Positions 9,986 through 21,088 of a DNA stretch of 32,245 nt are shown in pieces. Origin of the DNA: Nemertoderma westbladi (taxonomy: Eukaryota; Animalia; Xenacoelomorpha); NCBI GenBank assembly GCA_032718475.1, contig JAUCBJ010006036.1, positions 1 to 32,245 of the forward strand, given 5' to 3'. The translations under genes and the position numbers were made by a program. Position 1 is the stretch's first letter. Each line of letters starts with the position of its first letter. The notes under the pieces are model-generated. The model saw only the letters and a list, made by a program, of their open reading frames with translations, was not told the origin of the DNA and searched no databases.

Positions 9986-12900
9986 GTGAGGAGTCCAGCA
10001 ACAAGTTGCAGACACAAGTTTCTGAAACAAGTTGCAGCAATAAGTTTCCCACGTGTGAGGAGTACAGCAACAAGTTGCAGCAATAAGTTACCCACGTGTG
10101 AGGAGAACAGTAACAAGTTGCTGCAATAAGTTTCCCGCGTGTGAGGAGTACAGCAACAAGTTACAGCAATAAGTTTCCCGCGTGTGAGGAGTACAGCAAC
10201 AAGCTACAGCAATAAGTCTCCCGCGTGTGAGTAGTACAGCAACAAGTTGCAGCAATAAGTTTCCCGCGTGTGAGGAGTACAGCAACAAGTTGCCGCAATA
10301 CGTTTGCCGCGTGTGAGGAGTACCGCAACAAGTTGCAGCAATACGTTTCCCGCGTGTGAGGAGTACAGCAATAAGTTTCCCGCATGTGAGGAGTACAGCA
10401 ACAAGTTGCAGCAATAAGTTTCCCGCGTGTGAGGAGAACAGCAACAAGTTGCTGCAATAAGTTTCTGCAATAAGTTTCCCGCGTGTGAGGAGTACAGCAA
10501 CAAGTTGCAGCAATAAGTTTCCCGCGTGTGAGAGTACAGCAACAAGTTGCAGCAATAAGTTTCCCTTGTGTGAGGAGTACAGCAACAAGTTGCTGCAATA
10601 AGGTTGCTGCAATAAGTTTTCCGCGTGTGAGGAGTACAGCAACAAGTTGCTGCAATAAGTTTCCCGTGTGTGAGGAGTACAGCAACAAGTTGCAGCAATA
10701 AGTTTCCAGCGTGTGACGAGTACAGCAATAAGTTGCTGCAATAAGTTTTCCGCGTGTGAGGAGTACAGCAAAAAGTTGCTGCGATAAGTCTCCCGCGTGT
10801 GAGGAGAATAGCAACAAGTTGCTGCAATAAGGTTGCTGCAATAAGTTTTCCGCGTGTGAGGAGTACAGCAACAAGTTGCAGCAATAAGTTTCCCTTGTGT
10901 GAGGAGTAGAGCAACAAGTTGCTGCAATAAGTTTCCCGCGTGTGAGGAGTACAGCAACAAGTTGCTGCAATAAGTTTTCCGCGTGTGAGGAGTACAGCAA
11001 AAAGTTGCTGCGATAAGTCTCCCGCGTGTGAGGAGAATAGCAACAAGTTGCTGCAATAAGTTTCTGCAATAAGTTTCCCGCGTGTGAGGAGTACAGCAAC
11101 AAGTTGTTGCAATAAGTTTCCCGCGTGTGAGGAGTACAGCAACAAGTTGTTGCAATAAGTTTCCCGCGTGTGAGGAGTACAGCAACAAGTTGCTGCAATA
11201 AGTTTCTGCAATAAGTTTCCCGCGTGTGAGGAGTACAGCAACAAGTTGTTGCAATAAGTTTCCCGCGTGTGAGGAGAATAGCAACAAGTTGCTGCAATAA
11301 GGTTGCTGCAATAAGTTTTCCGCGTGTGAGGAGTACAGCAACAAGTTGCAGCAATAAGTTTCCCTTGTGTGAGGAGTAGAGCAACAAGTTGCTGCAATAA
11401 GTTTCCCGCGTGTGAGGAGTACAGCAACAAGTTGCTGCAATAAGTTTTCCGCGTGTGAGGAGTACAGCAAAAAGTTGCTGCGATAAGTCTCCCGCGTGTG
11501 AGGAGAATAGCAACAAGTTGCTGCAATAAGTTTCTGCAATAAGTTTCCCGCGTGTGAGGAGTACAGCAACAAGTTGTTGCAATAAGTTTCCCGCGTGTGA
11601 GGAGTACAGCAACAAGTTGCTGCAATAAGTTTACCGCGTGTGAGGAGTACAGCAACAAGTTGCTGCGATAAGTCTCCCGCGTGTGAGGAGAATAGCAACA
11701 AGTTGCTGCAATAAGTTTCTGCAATAAGTTTCCCGCGTGTGAGGAGTACAGCAACAAGTTGCTGCGATAAGTTTCCCGGGTGTGAGGAGTACAGCAACAA
11801 GTTGCTGCAATAAGTTTTCCGCGTGTGAGGAGTACAGCAACAAGTTGCTGCATTAAGTTTCCCGCGTGTGAGGAGTACAGCAACAAGTTGCTGCGATAAG
11901 TTTCCCGGGTGTGAGGAGTACAGCAACAAGTTGCTGCAATAAGTTTTCCGCGTGTGAGGAGTACAGCAACAAGTTGCTGCATTAAGTTTCCCGGGTGTGA
12001 GGAGTACAGCAACAAGTTGCTGCAATAAGTTTTCCGCGTGTGAGGAGTACAGCAACAAGTTGCTGCATTAAGTTTCCCGCGTGTGAGGAGTACAGCAACA
12101 AGTTGCTGCGATAAGTTTCCTGGGTGTGAGGAGTACAGCAACAAGTTGCTGCAATAAGTTTCCCGCGTGTGAGGAGTACAGCAACAAGTTGCTGCAATAA
12201 GTTTCCCGCGTGTGAGGAGTACAGCAACAAGTTGCTGCAATAAGTTTCCCGCGTGTGAGGAGTACAGCAACAAGTTGCAGCAATAAGTTTCCCGCGTGTG
12301 AGGAGTACAGCAACAAGTTGCTGCAATAAGTTTCCCGCGTGTGAGGAGTACAGCAACAAGTTGCTGCAATAAGTTTCCCGCGTGTGAGGAGTACAGCAAC
12401 AAGTTGCTGCAATAAGTTTCCCGCGTGTGAGGAGTACAGCAACAAGTTGCTGCAATAAGTTTCCCGCGTGTGAGGAGTACAGCAACAAGTTGCTGCAATA
12501 AGTTTTCCGCGTGTGAGGAGTACAGCAACAAGTTGCTGCAATAAGTTTTCCGCGTGTGAGGAGTACAGCAACAAGTTGCTGCAATAAGTTTTCCGCGTGT
12601 GAGGAGTACAGCAACAAGTTGCAGCAATAAGTTTCCCGCGTGTGAGGAGTACAGCAACAAGTTGCAGCAATAAGTTTCCCGCGTGTGAGGAGTACAGCAA
12701 CAAGTTGCTGCAATAAGTTTCCCGCGTGTGAGGAGTACAGCAACAAGTTGCTGCAATAAGTTTCCCGCGTGTGAGGAGTACAGCAACAAGTTGCTGCAAT
12801 AAGTTTCCCGCGTGTGAGGAGTACAGCAACAAGTTGCTGCAATAAGTTTCCCGCGTGTGAGGAGTACAGCAACAAGTTGCTGCAATAAGTTTTCCGCGTG

Positions 12901-13128
12901 TGAGGAGTACAGCAACAAGTTGCTGCATTAAGTTTCCCGCGTGTGAGGAGTACAGCAACAAGTTGCTGCAATAAGTTTCCCGCGTGTGAGGAGTACAGCA
13001 ACAAGTTGCTGCAATAAGTTTTCCGCGTGTGAGGAGTACAGCAACAAGTTGCTGCATTAAGTTTCCCGCGTGTGAGGAGTACAGCAACAAGTTGCAGGAA
13101 CAAAAGTTGCTTCGTGCCGTAAGAGTAC
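9986..13128. repeat. 43-bp satellite array, roughly 70 units
   Basis: Consensus GCAATAAGTTTCCCGCGTGTGAGGAGTACAGCAACAAGTTGCT. Homogeneous right half, variant-rich left half. Confidence 0.99.
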
Positions 13129-14650
13129 ATACACCATATAGTAACATCAAAAAACCAGTCAACAAAAATGATATTTAATTTCCCAAAAATAATTATATTA
13201 AATATATTACATTACAAAATGAATATAATTAACTATTAAAATATACTTGTGTAGTCAGTACTATTGTATTGGATATGGATTCTAAAACTACAACCAGCTT
13301 AGCTTACTGAGTTGTAGGAAGTACATGAGAGATTGCACCAAAGCTTATAATTAGCCTATTATGATGTACAATATGGACTTCGACTTCTGGTCCATTATTT
13401 CATTAAATAGCCCTGCTAACACCCACTAAACCAACAACGTAAATAGATTAACAGGACGTCCTTACCGCAAACAGCACATATAAGTGAAGATTAGTGAGTG
13501 AAAATAAAAATACGAGAACAGAAAATAATAATGAGTAAAAAACATTTGAAATTCGTTTTGTGAAAGCTGAAAGGGGCGATCGAAAGTCGTATGTTATTCA
13601 TCGATATTCGTCGATTTTGTCGGATTTTACTTTTTTATACAATTCCAGACTTTCATGGTCTATCAGCTGGTGAAGTTTTGAACACTTTAACCAATGGGAA
13701 GTGATGATTAATGTGGTAAAAAGAAGCCTTATATCCCAGCGGACAATATTTTACAGCAGAAAGGCCCCATATCTCTCCATATATTTTGTTGGCTCTCCCT
13801 AACAATTGCATTTTTTGACATAGGGCCTTAAGCAACGATATGTTCTAGAATGTTTTCAATTTGAGACGGTCGAGAGAAAAAGTACGTCATTTTCGAACGC
13901 TCATAGCGAACGTTTTATTTTACTCTACCAAAATTATTTTACGTTATGATAAAATAATTTTCAAATTATTCTGGAAAAAGGGAAAGCTAAAAATGTATGC
14001 ATGGTAAATAAGGACAACATTATTTATACTCTAGGATTGTGTTATTTACCGAGGGTAGCGTGATTGATGAATCACCACAAACATAGTTAAAATAATGTAC
14101 TACATAACATATATTTAAAATGCAATACGCTGTTTAAATTATGAAAGAAACGATAATTTCATGATATCATTATATATATTAAATATAAATTATATATATT
14201 TCGTACAAAAAGGATTATTATATTTCTAAAAGCTAAAAAATGTATTAAATATGGCGCATTGAGTATAAAAGGTATTTGACATGAATCTTAATTAATTATT
14301 TTTTAAGTATTTATGAGAACGAATGGCAGCTAATCCTCGAAAATAATGTTAAACTGTGATATTTAATGACTTTGCTAATTTACCTGCGTTCTAAGGAAAA
14401 CGTAAAAATAATGTCCAATTGAAAAATAAATAATAATAATGCAATGTATCACTAATAATAAAAATAAAAATATTCAAGTATTATTGCTTTAAATACTTAT
14501 TTACATTAGTAATAGCTAGTCAAGGACTACATACTATAATTAATAATACTTATACTAACTACAAAATAAATTAATACCGCACTGTCATCTGACGCTGACC
14601 ACTTCTTATATTTTATGGCTATACGATAACTATATTAAACTAGAAATAAT

Positions 14651-16921
14651 TTACAATTGAGTTGAAATAACAGTAGACATATTAGTCGGGTTTGTTCCAA
14701 TATCCGAGAGCTCTGCAGTAAGTTCTGGGTCCTCACTGACGGCCTGTAAGACAGCATCATGAACACTAAGGAAAACTTGGTCCTTCGGACAAGTGTCGAA
14801 GAACCCCGTCGATTTGAGCATGGATCGGATTTTGTGTCGGCACTTCGCGAGATAGAGTCGAACCCCGACAGAACGACACTCGAGAAACAGCTGCTCCAAA
14901 GTCGAAACTCCAACCGAGTCGACGAAATTAAACGACTCGCAATCCAAAATAATAACACGAATTACGGGCGGGGCCTTAGCGGAGTTGTTGTCAACGTTAC
15001 GGTTAGGTGATGTACTGACTTCATTTTCTGTATCAACAAAGCTTGAATTCGAGTAACAACTAGAGGAATCTATAGCGATTGTTGGGGTAGGGGGTCGACG
15101 ACGAAATAGTCTATTCATAGACCAACCGCTAGAAGGCGTTTCAACTGTATTGGTTATTTTCACCTGCGTTAGTTGTTGTTTCAGTAATAGAGCGGGATTA
15201 AATCCAGTGAATTTGTATAAAGAAACAATAAAATGTTCAACATTAATGAAACACAATGACATGTTCATACGAAATATTTTAACACCGTTTATTTGGTTGG
15301 CCATGTCGTAATACAGGATGTCGCGATACAGATCAGTATGTGGAAGACGGCCTAGAAGGGAGCAGCTCGGGCGTTGGATCCTTACGATAACGGTGAAGAG
15401 ACTGAATGAGAGGCCGATGAGAAGACCAATAGTGGGTGAAAGTAGGAGTGTAGCGAGGCATGTGACGATGTATATAGAGAAATCATAAAGAGAGATTCGC
15501 CATAAACGAGGAAGAACTCTACATTGGAGTAGCAATCCACGCAGAGCAACAATAACAATAGACGCAAGTATAGAGGTGGGAAGGCTATAGAACAGCGGAC
15601 CTGCTGCTAACAGCATAATCAGTATGATGGAGCTGGAGATTATGCTGACCACCTGGGTTCGTCCGCCAACGTCCTCTTGTACAACGGACCGGGAAGGGCT
15701 GGCTGACGGGGTGTAGCAACTGAGTAGAGATCCTATTGTCCCGCATAGGCCTAGTGCTAGCAATTCTTGGTTTGCGTCCACTGAGTATTTCTGTTTTTTA
15801 GAGAAGGTTTTCGACATGGATAAACCTATGGCGAAGGCAACCACAGCTATCGGGAAGGCCTCGCCCACAGAGCTGAGAAACTTACTACTCGGTAGTTGAG
15901 GAATAGGCAAACCGGTAGGTATGTAGCCAACAATTGGTACGCCATATCTCTCATTGAAGTTGAAAAAATGGGAAACCATAGTTCCAACAATCAGGGCAAT
16001 CAGTTCAATTGGTATCGGAATTGGAATATGTTTCTTAAAGCGAATATTTAGGAGTTTCACAGTTAAAATTGTCGGCATCGCGATCACCGATATAATAACA
16101 CTGGTGATGTTGGCCTCCGGTACTTTCTTTGCTATATCTATTATAGTTAAAGGTAAACCAAATGTGTTTCCTCTCATTTGAATAGTAATGCCTAACACCG
16201 ATTTGATTTGACTGACAGCCACATAGACAGCCACTGCAGTTGTGAATCCTTTCACTAAAGGGTCAGAGAAATATTCGCCAATAAACCCGAGTTGAAGAAC
16301 GCCTAAACCAATCTGTATCAATCCCGCTAGGAAAGACAACGTCATAACGCAACTAATGTATTCGGTAGTGTAAGAAGTTTGGGTTGTTATATTATTGCTT
16401 TCACCACTGACTTGGCTAGGGTCTGGCACTAGACTGTTAACTGTTGTTCCATACATCATACTTACAACGGCGATACCACCTAATGAAATATGTCGCGAAG
16501 TTCCAAACAGAAAGTAAATCAAAGGAGTTACGAATCCTGAATACAGACCATATACAGGAGGTAGGCCCGCCAGCATTGCGTAAGCCATATCTTGAGGAAT
16601 ATGCATCACTCCAACTGTGCAACCACCAATCAAATCGCCTCTCAGGTTACTTCTAATCCCATAACGTGGCAGCCAATGGAGTACAGGGACATGCGCCTTT
16701 ATTCCCTTCCATAAACAAGATAAACTGATGGCGAATTGTAATTTGAAGATAGAAGTTCTCGATTTTCGGGTGGCTGTAAAACCCCGATCAAATTCATCCT
16801 CGTTGTAAACTTGTCTACTAACATTTAATCTAGGAGTGGAACTCCCTTTAACCAGCTGCGGTACAACTTTATCTGGCGGTACAACATTATCTGGAGTATC
16901 TGGACGAATCTCATCTGTCAT
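14651..16921 (-). CDS. SLC26: SLC26/SulP anion transporter (prestin/pendrin/SLC26A6-like), intronless CDS, 756 aa from MTDEIRPD
   Basis: PVLHWLPRY, GDLIGGCTVGVMHIPQ.MAYAMLAGLPPVYGLY, FGTSRHIS, GFTTAVA, DANQELLALG, SRSVVQE..GGRTQ, STAS domain VIILDCESFNFVDSVG...FLSVHDAV, and C-terminal PDZ-type STQL. The ATG at 16921 is preferred over the non-ATG ORF start at 17062. Confidence 0.96.
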   Translation of the reverse strand: MTDEIRPDTPDNVVPPDKVVPQLVKGSSTPRLNVSRQVYNEDEFDRGFTATRKSRTSIFKLQFAISLSCLWKGIKAHVPVLHWLPRYGIRSNLRGDLIGGCTVGVMHIPQDMAYAMLAGLPPVYGLYSGFVTPLIYFLFGTSRHISLGGIAVVSMMYGTTVNSLVPDPSQVSGESNNITTQTSYTTEYISCVMTLSFLAGLIQIGLGVLQLGFIGEYFSDPLVKGFTTAVAVYVAVSQIKSVLGITIQMRGNTFGLPLTIIDIAKKVPEANITSVIISVIAMPTILTVKLLNIRFKKHIPIPIPIELIALIVGTMVSHFFNFNERYGVPIVGYIPTGLPIPQLPSSKFLSSVGEAFPIAVVAFAIGLSMSKTFSKKQKYSVDANQELLALGLCGTIGSLLSCYTPSASPSRSVVQEDVGGRTQVVSIISSSIILIMLLAAGPLFYSLPTSILASIVIVALRGLLLQCRVLPRLWRISLYDFSIYIVTCLATLLLSPTIGLLIGLSFSLFTVIVRIQRPSCSLLGRLPHTDLYRDILYYDMANQINGVKIFRMNMSLCFINVEHFIVSLYKFTGFNPALLLKQQLTQVKITNTVETPSSGWSMNRLFRRRPPTPTIAIDSSSCYSNSSFVDTENEVSTSPNRNVDNNSAKAPPVIRVIILDCESFNFVDSVGVSTLEQLFLECRSVGVRLYLAKCRHKIRSMLKSTGFFDTCPKDQVFLSVHDAVLQAVSEDPELTAELSDIGTNPTNMSTVISTQL

Positions 16922-19900
16922 CTTTAAGTTCCAGTACCAAACAATACTACAATACATAGGTGAATTCGTAACATGTTGTATTGAGCTCAGTGGTATATCA
17001 GTTATATAGACAATAAATATATAAATACAAATAGGCCTATCAGTCAACACGTCCCCACCCAATTACTATTAATTTTATACAAGATCAAATAGAGGTTGTT
17101 GGCAGACCCGAAGAGCTGAGGTATTCTAAATACGAGATTGGTATTATTAGCCAGTATACTAAATAAATTATAAATAAATAAAAAAGACCAAAACACATGA
17201 AAAAAACGCAATGTAATAAATATCTTGTATAAGCTCACCACACAAGAATGAAATATTTCATATTTGTTGTATTGAGTAAAAGCAAGGGCGTTGTAATATG
17301 AAAGGCATATAACACGAAAATAAGCTATAAATGATAAATAATAAAATAGGCCTACTCTGCTAACAAATCAACCATATCGAATTATTCTGGGATAGTACAA
17401 TGCAATACGTACACACACCCTATCTGTATTGTTTATTTTCTAATCCGATTCTAAAAATGTGCTGGTTATGAAACATTTTATAATTATCCATATATATATT
17501 TTACACTAATGTTGACAAAAAATAACCCATGAAAAACCAAATCGAAAGTTTAATGTTGTGGCGAACCTTACTTGTGGTGCAAATGAGTAGGTATATAATA
17601 TATATACCCTGGAAGTGGGAAACATTTAATACAATTAAATCTGTGAAACTGGGGATCGTAAATATAAACCTCCGTCGTCCTCTTAATACAGTTCAAATGT
17701 GGTTGCACAGTATAATAATCTTTACTGAATGGAATGGGAGTTGATCGATCATGTGACCATGGGGCATTTGACATGGCACAGATGTTCCTTGGGGTAATGG
17801 TTCCACTGAAGCTTAAATAAAACCCTATAAATGATTTGAATCAATTATCGACTGGACAATCTGTTAAGCAATTCTCCGAATTGTAAGACAACAATGAACC
17901 ACCAGTAGGTCAATGTACCCTTTATGACGTAATAAAACTACACCGAGTTGTATTAAATAACATGATACGTCTGTTAATGTTAATAAACTATTAACTTGAT
18001 GTCATATAAAGTAGCACTTTATAAGATTACTGACGTCAAGAAAGGCGTCTTAATATTATTAATAGACACGAGGAGACGATATATTAACATGTAAGTGGGG
18101 GGATCTAGCGGCCGGCAGTGGAACTATAGAAGTCAGTCTGTGTATATATTTTCTAGTAGAATACGACTACATGTGAACTAAGTTCTGTTCCATTTCATAA
18201 AGGATTGCCCGACTTATTAGCGTTGAAACATTACCAACGATGACGATAGAAGGTCCACTAATCATACCGCTACGTTATAGCTCGTCTGGACTTACGTGGC
18301 TCGCTCCACAGAGTTAATTCGAAAATTGAAAACAGAGTTAATTCTAAAATTGATATAACGCCAGTATGCCAATTTGGTTTTCATATGTTGCCAAAGTGAA
18401 ACTATAGTGGTAAGGCGGTACAAATACATAGACAGACTGGAAATTGAAAGTAATTGTTGATCAACCTATAGATACCGAGTGTACCAGCAACGGGCCTAAC
18501 TCCTATCGCACAGGCGCTACTGGATTCATACCTTCCGCATAAAGTACTATATAACTAAGGAGTTACAAAATATCTCAATTATAGAATAAATATATTTTTG
18601 AATTTCTGAGCAAATATTCCCACAAAATATAAATAAGTTCCGAATATATATCTCTTAATTATATCTCTTATATATGGCTTAATAGTATTATAGTTATACA
18701 AACACGATTTTTAACAATAGCGAATTGGGGCACAATAATTTAGCATCAAAAAATATAGAAGAAAATGAGTTAGTTTACAAACTTATAATTGTATGTAAGA
18801 AACTTATAATTGTATGCAAAGTTTTATTCCAAAATTTAAAATTAACGAAACAACTGCTGATAAAAATACGTCAGGTGAAATTTTTTTTATTGGGCAAGGC
18901 TACCTGGATGATATTCCAGCTAGCCTTGTTATATGGTTTTCAATTATTTTTTATTTATAGTGCGTCAAAGTATGAAGAAAACTTTTGCACCTAATATTAA
19001 CGAATTTTCCCAGTTTTAAGTTATAACTTACTAAGTTATAGCATATAGCAAGTGATAACGCTAGAAGTTACATCCTGCAGCGGTACAGTCTACTAGTTGG
19101 TCTAACTACTGTAGTATTCAACTATATTTAATGGTACGCGCAGACTGTAGGGAACAGTTATCTATATTGTGACAGCTTACAGGTATCATACTGGTTCAAC
19201 CAAGCTGTAGCAAGTAAAACCTTTACCTATAAATAAAGAGTCTTAGAAATGTATTATATTGGTCTATTTTAATTACTTATAATAAATCTATAATGTCGAC
19301 ATTACTTCGCTTTCGAATGTGCTACATTTTCAATGTGAAAAGTTGTAGTCCTCTAGTATTGTAATATGTTACATAACAACTAGCCGTTACAACTATATGT
19401 TCAATAGAGAAGTAAAGTAGATTTTACAGCTATAGACTAGTTACCGTACTTTACTATGAAACTGAATCATGAAAAATGTTCTACAATTTATTGTCGGGGC
19501 ATCCTCAGATAAGAAATGTTAAATACCAGCTACCAGAATGTAATATGTGGAGGGATTTGTAAATAATAGGTACAAATATATTTTATACTTCAATTCTCAA
19601 TAAATTCCGATTACAAAAATTAAGAAATTTAAATTTGAAACTTTATAAAAAAGTCTAAGGAGATATTAAAACCAGCACACGTAGGGCCGTAGGTACTTTA
19701 GAAATATTCGAAAACAATTTTAGAGAAATATAATTATATGGATATACCTACTTTTTACAGATTGTTCTGATCGTCATGGCTTTATTTTCACTCACTCACT
19801 ACGAGTTCGTGTCATAAAACACTAGGAACAGCACACTGTAATAAAGTGCTACTTTACACACAAAGCACGCAAATGTAAATATATAACAAATTATTATCTA

Positions 19901-20053
19901 TCCAGGTACAAATGAACAGCAAAATAAATTTCTATTAAACAGCACAATTAAAACAAACTCACTCCTGACTGTACAAACTTACCGGTACTCCTAAAACCTG
20001 TTGGCCTACAATAAATTTATTCAAATTTATTTGTAACAATTTTGTATGTATTA

Positions 20054-20744
20054 TACCATGTCCTGGAATATAGTGTCGTTATTCAGGTACCTGCCCCCCC
20101 CCCCAAACTTTTCTACAAATCGTGATGAGATTACATGAAATTTGAAACAGAGATAGTTTCACCTCCCTTCTCCTCCGTGGGTGAGCCAGAATTTTTATTT
20201 TTGCTTTCTATCTTTAGTTACAAGTGTTTGAATAAAGTGTCTCCGGCGATAATGTACCAATTGTACTGTAGTTATTCATCAACCTCATTGTTATTTGATG
20301 GTACCAATAGAAAGCTGCCCGTGCAAGGATTCCGAATATGTAAAAATATTTGAATTCGGTTGGGAAACACCTGAGATTTGGGCATTCGAATGTTGCATGT
20401 ATTTGCTTCCCCTGTAGGCCATTTATTGTATTTAATTAATGTACCATATTCAAGAACGTTTTGTTTATTCCATACGTAGCCGGGCAACGCAACAATGCAA
20501 TACCTCTTTAGTTGAAGAATAACTGGAGTGTAACTGGTGAAATATCACCGGAGACACCTTTTTAAACGCTTGTAGCTAAAGATTGAAAGCAAAAATAAAA
20601 GTTCTGGCTCACCCACGGAAGAGGGGGGTGGTGAAACTATCTCTGTTTCAAATTTCATGCAATCCCATCAAGATTTGTAGAAAAATTAGGGGGGGGGGGG
20701 GGGGAAGGTACCTGAATAACGACACTATATTCCAGGACATGGTG
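20054..20744. mobile_element. Tc1/mariner-type non-autonomous element (MITE) with ~200-bp TIRs
   Basis: 20054-~20251 is the reverse complement of ~20543-20744 (ACCATGTCCTGGAATATAGTGTCGTTATTCAGGTACCT...GTGTCTCCGG). Flanked by TA at 20052-53 and 20745-46. Confidence 0.9.
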
Positions 20745-21088
20745 TATGTATGTAATAAATTCCAAAGAGTGAAACGTGTACCGTGTATAAATAAATGCTG
20801 CCAAAATATACAAGGTTATTTAATATTTTATAATATTCATTTCGTCTTTCTGTGTAACTCTTACATCGAGTGTTTGACAAAATGATTTTTACCTGATAGA
20901 CCGACATAATAACAACCTCACATATTAAATAACAGGAATATAATTAAATAAATACGACGATACTTGTTAACATTTTAATCATTCATAGGTAAGTCAAATG
21001 TGATTGAATGCGGATACTAAAAGTAGGTTGTCTAATAAAAGTTCTAGAAAAATAACCCATTACTTATATGGTGGTTTAATGTAGTTAG

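Noticed and set aside
9986-13128. CRISPR-like array
   Set aside because: Head-to-tail repeats with no unique spacers, no cas genes, and a eukaryotic context.
10088-13165. Long minus-strand ORFs (365-904 aa) rich in CCC/LLL
   Set aside because: The 43-bp unit lacks stops on that strand, so all three frames are open with the same cyclic peptide; this is a satellite artefact.
16922-17062. 47-aa N-terminal extension of SLC26
   Set aside because: Non-ATG start and AT-rich, UTR-like composition; the upstream ATG of MYCSIVW cannot be fully excluded.
17529-17950. Possible exon between SLC26 and STAT
   Set aside because: Short ORFs on both strands with no recognisable motif; could be UTR.
20272-20487. 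Transposase remnant inside the MITE
   Set aside because: Only a faint resemblance (FPNR) to mariner N-termini and no DDD/E motif; not supportable.
20060-20740. STAT (GAS) sites in the MITE TIRs next to the STAT gene
   Set aside because: GTCCTGGAA/TTCCAGGAC does not fit TTCNNNGAA.
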